Assembly: GCF_009914755.1 (NCBI RefSeq)
Contig: NC_060934.1
Reading direction: 5' to 3' (one strand)
Origin: the human T2T-CHM13v2.0 reference genome, Homo sapiens
Length of the DNA: 64,000 bases
A program made the translations under genes and the position numbers. The notes under the pieces were generated by a model. The model ran no database searches and was not told the origin of the DNA. It saw only the letters and a list, made by a program, of their open reading frames with translations. This document shows, one piece after another, positions 56,621 to 64,000 of the stretch (position 1 is the stretch's first letter; each line of letters begins with the position of its first letter).

Positions 56621-59600
56621 TTACTGCCAATGTGAAATAGCATTTTCTGGATTGTGCTGAAAAGCCAATATATAAAACACTCTGAAAACTTCTATTGCTT
56701 AATAATGCAAATAGAAATGTACTTCATGTTATGCAATCAAATAGTTATTTGAAAGGTATAAATCAAATGTCTTTCTTTAAATCAAATCCTATTTGTCACT
56801 GGCAACTCTTTCAGTTTGATCTTCAATGGGTGATAGCTCCTTTAGAATTTTTTCCTGCCTTATTTCTATATTTTGTCTCCAACCTTTATCCAGTTATTCA
56901 ATGCACAATGAAAATTCATACTTAAATGAACCCTGCAGTGAATCCACTAAAAATTCTGTGACTGCATATTCATAATGAAATTCATTTATTCTACTATACC
57001 TCTATATGCCAAAGTTTCTGTATATATTAATTGTGAACAATGGTCTCCAATCTAACCTCCTAGACAAGGTTTTAAAAATTAAATGAGATACCTATGAGAA
57101 AGCTTGGACCAAAGTAAAATACATAAGAGGCATCATCTCCTTTGTAAATCCGAATTTTTGCTTTAAATTTGTCCTCATTACAGTTTCTTAAATGATGAGT
57201 AGTTTTATTCTGCTACCAAGTGATTTTGGTAAAATCGTAAATTTTCTTTTAATATCATACAAACTGGATTTTGAGAACTGGTTTTAAAGCCTCCAAAGTT
57301 TTAATAGCAAATAAGTTTCACACTATAGGAAAATGTGGAGCTAGCCTTAAAAGAGAATAATGGAATCAAATCTGTTAGCAATAATATAAAGATAAAAATC
57401 TCGGTTTCTATTTTTAACAGAAGCCTGGATCTGCTAATATTTATGCATCTTCCTATGAGTGTGTGTATATATATAAAGCTTCTCCTTTTAAAATCTCAAT
57501 TGTAAAATAAAATCAGAGCCCTCATCCCTTTCTTCTTCTTTCTTCCTCTTTAAGGTTTCCTGTTCCAGAGGGATTACCTTTTGCAGGGTTTCTTGATGGC
57601 AAAAGAATTTGTTTCTCAAATAGAACGTGGGTTTTTGCAGTGCTGCCCAAGGTCTCCAGGAGATCAGAATGCCTGTTTGCTTCAGAGATTCCTGTAAAAT
57701 TCAACTTCCCTCAGCCATACATCTCTCTGATTACTGCTTAGCTATATACATTTTGACAAGGAGAAAAACAGTCTCAATTGTTAAAGCTTTTTGGTATTAA
57801 GAGTTTTGCTTTGACTGCACCATATGGATATATTTAGCCCGAAATCCTTCACACATTGTGTTCTCAGATTATAATTACACTTGCCAAATCATTAGGCATA
57901 CCTTAGAGGAGAGTATTGTTATTAAAAGAGAAAAATCCCCAGGGATGTAGAACCTACATACATACATATCCTGTAACTATATCTATATCTATACAAGTGT
58001 GTGTCTGTATGTGTGTGTAATGAGCATTTACAATGTCTAGCAAAGGACTGTTCTCCAAAACGACTCTGTTAAAACAATCACATCTCACAAACCTCAGACA
58101 GCGCTAGTGTGTTGGGTTTCTAACCTCTGGAGAATATGGCATTGTGGTTTACACATGATAACCAGAGATGGTGGAAAAGTCAACTACTTGGCAGTAGATC
58201 ACATTTCTGTAATAATCAGATACACATCGTACATTGATTTGTTTCAGATTTGGCACAAAATTAAGCAGCAAATACAGACATTTCTTTAGCTGTCTGAAGG
58301 TGGGTTTGACCATGAGCTTCATCCAAATGGTATTTTTTTTTTTTGCAACTAATTTCAATGGGGAGTCAGGAGTCTATTTGCAAAAATTTCAACCTCCAAA
58401 TTTACGGGTTTGGAATTTTGTTCTAAATCCAAATCTTTTTGCATTTAAGTTCATTCGCCTTTGGCCAAAAAAAAAAAAATTCTGTTTTTAAAATGAAAGA
58501 AGTCATAAGAGAACTTTATTAAAAAAGTTTCAACCAGCTGTTTAAAAAGGCCATTTTGATGATGTCAGTGCAAGTGAATAAGAAACACATGGATTTAAAT
58601 TCCCTTAAATTATATAAGCCTTTAAAAATTAAAGTAACTATGTTGGGAAAATGTGTTTCAAGTTTATTAACTTAAGAATCATTCTCCCATAGTTTCTAAA
58701 CAGCTTTGTATTGGGAAGGATGCTACAATTATTTGCTAAACTTGAAGACAAGTGAGAAAATGGTTCAGTAAGAGCCAAGAGACTTATGTTTGTGAACCTA
58801 AATGGGAGTGGGTCCTTAACAGCCAAGAAAGCTCATACAAATCACCTCCTCCTCCCTCCCCAGTAATATGGCAGTAACAGAGGGAGAATGAGTGGTCCAC
58901 TTTCAACTGGCAACCACAATGTCTGTGATGTTTTATCTTATGTTTCTTAAATGTTTATTTTCCTGGTGTGTAGACAAAGCCCTAATATTTGAAGAGCTGT
59001 TGGATTTATACCAATTATTGAAAGAGATCTACTAATATAAAGATTTCTCCACATCTTCTGAAAATCATGGGCTCGTTCTTCTAAAATTGAGGGGGTTTTT
59101 AGCTTTCATAAATTGGGCAGGGAGACAGACTATAAACAACTTTACTGTTCAATTCTTAAGGCAACATGATACCTCTTTGCAGAAAAAGATGTGGTGAAGT
59201 TTTGACAAATGAGTGCATTCATATGTAGACTCTATAACAAAAGCATTTTGAAAGCATAATTGATGCCCCAAAACAGTCATTTCTTGTTCTTAATTTGGTG
59301 AAAAATAAAAGTACATGTCTTCACCTGCTTGTTCCTTGGTCTTCTCCAAGCTGTTTCTTTTATCACTCTCTGATATAATGCTGGGACTCTGAGTCCTCAA
59401 ATAGCAAACACCAAATCACATCTGTCCCAATGATGTCCTGATACTTTTTTTCAGTGACTATAAAGCACTAGATTTTACCTCTTTAGTCTTGGGAAATTTA
59501 GCAGTCCAATCTTCCAGGAATAATAGTGAGATTAACCCATATTCTCCACTTTACAGAATGCCAGATGTTTGCAAGTCTGATGAGGGAGAATAGAGCTATT

Positions 59601-59909
59601 ATAACTGGTGTTGCTCATAAGTGTTGTGTCTTCCACTCCCTAGTGTAGGTAAACACTTAACATAGTGGTACATAATAGATGCTTAAGAAACAATAGTTAC
59701 TATTTCACATACATTATTGCATTGATTGTTTCCAACTCAACTATGAGGTAACTATTTTAATGCCGTGTTGCAGATTAGAAAAACAAGAATCAGAGAGGAA
59801 ACATGACTTGCTGAGATGACATAAACTCGGTACAACATGAATAAAAGTCATGTATGTCTAATTCTAAAGTACAGGCTCTTCAAATTAAAAATATTGGTAA
59901 GAGGAGCTA

Positions 59910-60575
59910 AAATTAAAAAGACCAACAATATAAGAACATGGAGCAATTGGGCCTTGCATACTCTGTTGGTGGGAATGTAAATTTATACAGCCACTTTGGA
60001 GGACTGCTTAGAGGTTTCAGCTAAAGCTGAGCATCTTCACAGCTTACATTCCCACAATTTTATTCCTAGGTACAGCAATAGAAATGTATACATAGACTCA
60101 CCAGAAGACTTACACAAGAATGTTCATATAATTATTTATAATTGCCCCCAGAACTCGAAATAACCAAAATGTCCATGAACAGTAGACTGCATATGAAGGT
60201 TGTGTTCTATTCATACAATGGAGTGATATACAGCTGTAAGAATGATCTAACTACAGCTAAAGTCGACCACATGGATTAATCTCAAAGACATGAAGTGAAG
60301 TGGCAGAAGCCAGATATGTTTAAAAAGTACTTTCTATAGGAGTCCATTTATATAAAATTCAGAAACTGGCAAACGTCATCTATTATATGAGATAGTAGGA
60401 TAATTGTCACCAGGGGAAAGAGATAGTAATTGGAAGGAAGAATGGATTATGCTTTCAGCATAACTGGAAATGCCTGTTTCCTGATATGAGTGTTAATTGC
60501 TCGGGTATGTTCATTTTGTAAAAATTTATTGAGCTGTACTTAAGATTTTTGCTCATTCCCACACAAAGTTTCTTT
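59910..60575 (+). mobile_element. L1ME 3' end
   Basis: gttggtgggaatgtaaatt...caagaatgttcata...atggattaatctcaaagacat...tttattgagctgtactta. Confidence 0.8.
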
Positions 60576-60577
60576 AT

Positions 60578-63180
60578 AAGATTTATTTTAGTTTTCTTTA
60601 AAGCAGGTTTAGGTTCACAGCGAAATTAAGAGGAAGGTACAGAGAAATTCCATATACCTCTTGCTCTCACACATGCATAGCCTCCACCATTATCAATATC
60701 TCCATCTTGGGTGATACATTTGTTACAACTGATGAATCTACATTGACACATTATTATCTCTCAATATTCATAGTGTACATCAAGGTTCATTCTTGGTGTT
60801 GCACATTCCATAAGTTTGGACAAATGTACAATGACCTTTGTCCATCATTGTAGTATCATACAGAATATTTTGCTGCCCTAAAAATCCTCTGTGCTCCATC
60901 CATTCATCCTTCCCTTTTCCCTAACCCCTGGCAACCACTGATCTTTTTATTCTCTGCATAGTTTTGACTTTTCCAGCATATCATATAGTTGCAATCACAC
61001 AGCATGAAGCTTTTTCAGATTGACTTCCTTCACTTAGTAACATGTATTTAAGTTTCCTCTTGTCTTTTCCTGGCTTAATAGCTCATTTTTTTTAGCACTG
61101 AATAATATTTCATTGCCTGGATGAACCTCAGTTTATTTATACATTCACCTACTGAAGGGCATTTTGAGTGCTTCCAAGTTGGGGCAATTATGAAGAAAGT
61201 GGCTATAAACATCTATGTGCAAGTCATTGTAATTATATAACTTTTCATGTTTACGTAAGTTTTCAATTCTTTGGGTAAAGAGCACAATTGCTGGCTCATA
61301 TGGTAAGAGTATGTTTAGTTTTGAAACAAACAACTAAACTATCTTCCAAAGTGGTTTTACTCTTGTCCTTCCACAGGGAATGAATATGAATTCTTGTTTT
61401 TCCATATCTTTGACCACATTTGCTTTTGTCAGTGTTCTGGATTTGGGCCATTCTAATAGGTATGTAGTAGTATATCATTGTTTTGATTTGGATTTCCCTG
61501 GTGAATATTATGTGAGGCATCTAATCGTGTGCTTATGTGTCTCTCTGCATATCTTCTTTGGTGAAGTGTCTGTACAGGTCTTTGATGCATTTACTTATTG
61601 GGTTGCTTATTTTCTAATTGTTGAGTTTTAAGTGTTCTTTGTATATTTTGAATAATAGTTTCTTATCGGATGGTTTTTTGCAAATATTTTCCCAGTCTGT
61701 GGCTTGTATTTTTATTCTTTGAAAGAGTTTTCTGCAAAGCAGAAATTTTAATTTTAATAAAGTTTGGCTGATCCATTATTTCTTTCATGGATCATGCCTT
61801 TGGTGATGGTGTCTTGTCTAACAAGATATTGCCAACCCAAGGTCATATATATTTTCTTCTATATTATCATCTAAGAGTTTTATAGTTTTGCATTTCGTAT
61901 TTAGGTTTGTGATCCATTTTGAGTTAATTTTTGGGTGTAAGCTTTGTGTCTACATTTATTTTTTTGTATGTTAATGTCCAGCTGTTCCAACACCAATCGT
62001 TGAAAAGACCCTCTTTTCGCCATTGTATTGCCTTTGCCTTTTTGTCAAAGATCAATTTATTATACTTATGGTAGTCTATTTCTGAGCTTTCTGTTCTGTT
62101 CCAGTGACCAATTTGTTTATATTTTTTCCAATACCATGCTGTCTTGATTATTGTGCTTTGTAGTAAGTCTTGAAGTTGGAGAGTATAGTCCGTCAACTTT
62201 GTTCTTCTCCTTCAGTATTGTATTGGATATTGTGGGTCAATTACCTCTCCATAAAAATTTTAGAATCAGTTTGTTGATATCCACAAAATAACTGCTGGGA
62301 TTTTTACTGGGATTATATTGAATCTACAGATCATACTGGGCAAAACTGACACCTTGATGATATTGAGTTTTTCTATTCACCAATATGAACTGTTTATTTA
62401 TTCAGTTCCTTGATTTTGTTCACCTGAGTTTTGTATTTTCCTCCTATAGACCTTACTTGTATTTTGTTAGATTTATATCAAATTACCTCATTTTGGGGGT
62501 CATAATAGAAATGGTACTGTATTTTTCTTTTAAATTCCACTTGTTTCTTGCTAGTATATAGAAAAACAATTAACTTTTGGATATTAGCAGTGTATATTGC
62601 AAACTTGTCATAATTACTTATCAGTTCCAGGAGTTTTTTCTTGATTCTTTGGGATTTTCTACATAGAGATCATATCGTCTGTGAACAAAGATGGTTTTAT
62701 TTCTTCATTCCTCAATCAGTATAGTTTTCACTGCCTTTTCTCGTCTTTTTGCATGAGCTAGGACTTACAGTGTGGTGTTGCAAAAGAGTAGTGAGAGAGG
62801 AAATCCCCACCTTGTTACTGATCTTAGTAGAAAAGTTCTAGTTTCTTACCACTAGGTATAATATTAGCTTAGGTTTTTTGTAGACTTTATTGATCAAGTT
62901 GAGTAAGATGTACCCCTTCTTCTAGTTTACTGAGAGGTTTGTTCTGAGATTTTTAAAATCATAAATGTGTTGGATTTTATCAAATGCTTTTTCTGCATCC
63001 ATTGATATAATCAAAATCATAAACATGTGTTTGATTTTATCAAATGCTTTTTCTGCATCTATTGATATAATCATGTAACTTTTCTTCTTTAGCCTGTGGA
63101 TATGATGAATTCTAATGGGATTTTTGAGTGTTGACTGAACAAATTAGCCTTGCATACACTTGATTATGGTTCAAATTTGT
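60578..63180 (-). mobile_element. L1MC1-like, about 2.6 kb, inserted in the L1ME tail
   Basis: 3' end agcaggtttaggttcacagcgaaatt...cacatgcatagcctcc; ORF2p peptide IIKTAWYWKK; degenerate TSD ttcccacacaaagttt/tttccatacaaatttt. Confidence 0.85.
62955..63072. repeat. About 59-bp tandem duplication within L1MC1
   Basis: aaaatcataaa(ca)tgtgtt(g/t)gattttatcaaatgctttttctgcatc(c/t)attgatataatc x2. Confidence 0.95.
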
Positions 63181-64000
63181 TTTTCCATACAAATTTTACT
63201 CTCACAAATTTAAGACATTACACCATCAAAAAGAGGAGTGTGAAACTAGCATACTGTAGAAGAGAGGAATCCTCTCACCCGTCATGGTGGGCCCACACCG
63301 ATGTCCCCAAAGCCAGTCTTGAGCTATGAAAGCACAAGTGATTTCAAATAAGGTCAGGTTTGGGATTACTTCCAGGCATACAGGTATTAGACAACAAACA
63401 ATATGTAACCAAAGCAAGAGAGAAAATAACAGAGAGCCTTCTTCCCACTGATACAGCATCAGCCATAGAAGAATACAACTTCAGTCACCCACATGTGAAA
63501 ATACTTTTCAGATATTGAGCCCACACAAATTCTGGCCAGTTTGCGAATTTATCCCCTCTCTACTGACGTGATTGAGCCTGGGAGCAGCATGCCTCCCCGC
63601 CTCAGGCTGTCTTGGTGACCAAAGAAACACATGCATGGCAATTAGAGCTGAGTGTTTACTCTCAGAACACCTCAATCTCCAGGACTAACAAAAACTTTCC
63701 CAGCAAGGAGAGGCAGATCTCAATACATTCTAGACTTGTTACCTGATTTCTTTTGGCACTGCTGAGCATGTGGCCACAGCCTAATTTGCATGGTTTATAT
63801 GTACACCCAAGTCTAATTTGGAATCACAAGACCCCAGGGCCCCTGATGCTAAATAACCTGGGACTTCCATCTGTAGCACAGCATATGTTAGTCTGATGCA
63901 AAGTAAAAATGGGCATGAAATCCAAATCTAATTATAAATGTACAGTCAGAATGTCAGGTAAATTATACTATCTACAAGTAAATTATTACTTAGGGTTCAG

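Overview
AT-rich primate (human-like) non-coding DNA with no recognisable protein-coding gene, tRNA, rRNA or CpG island. I could not identify the locus. Much of the window is interspersed repeat: Alu (J/S/Y, FLAM), L1 of many ages (L1PA, MA, MB, MC, ME, HAL1), L2, MIR, MaLR/ERVL/ERV1 solo LTRs and hAT DNA transposons. Many are nested and several have readable target-site duplications (TSDs). Nearly all listed ORFs are repeat-derived or chance. The most interesting signals are in the repeat-free islands. (1) A chain of CpG-retaining, GT-AG-bounded minus-strand exon candidates (about 55.2-55.5k, 34.2k, 20.7k, 17.2k, 17.1k, 15.3k, 13.6k, 12.4k) suggests a spliced lncRNA; its 3' exons can join into two alternative small ORFs (58 aa or 89 aa), one starting inside an exonised MER63A transposon. 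(2) Several blocks look like developmental enhancers, notably a PBX-HOX/MEIS motif cluster at 54.1-54.7k. (3) There are retrotransposition and repair scars: a twin-primed L1, an L1 insertion with target-site deletion, an older L1 fragment inside a younger LTR, and a compound palindrome. Repeat subfamily names come from recalled consensus sequences and old-repeat boundaries are approximate; the transcript model is a hypothesis.
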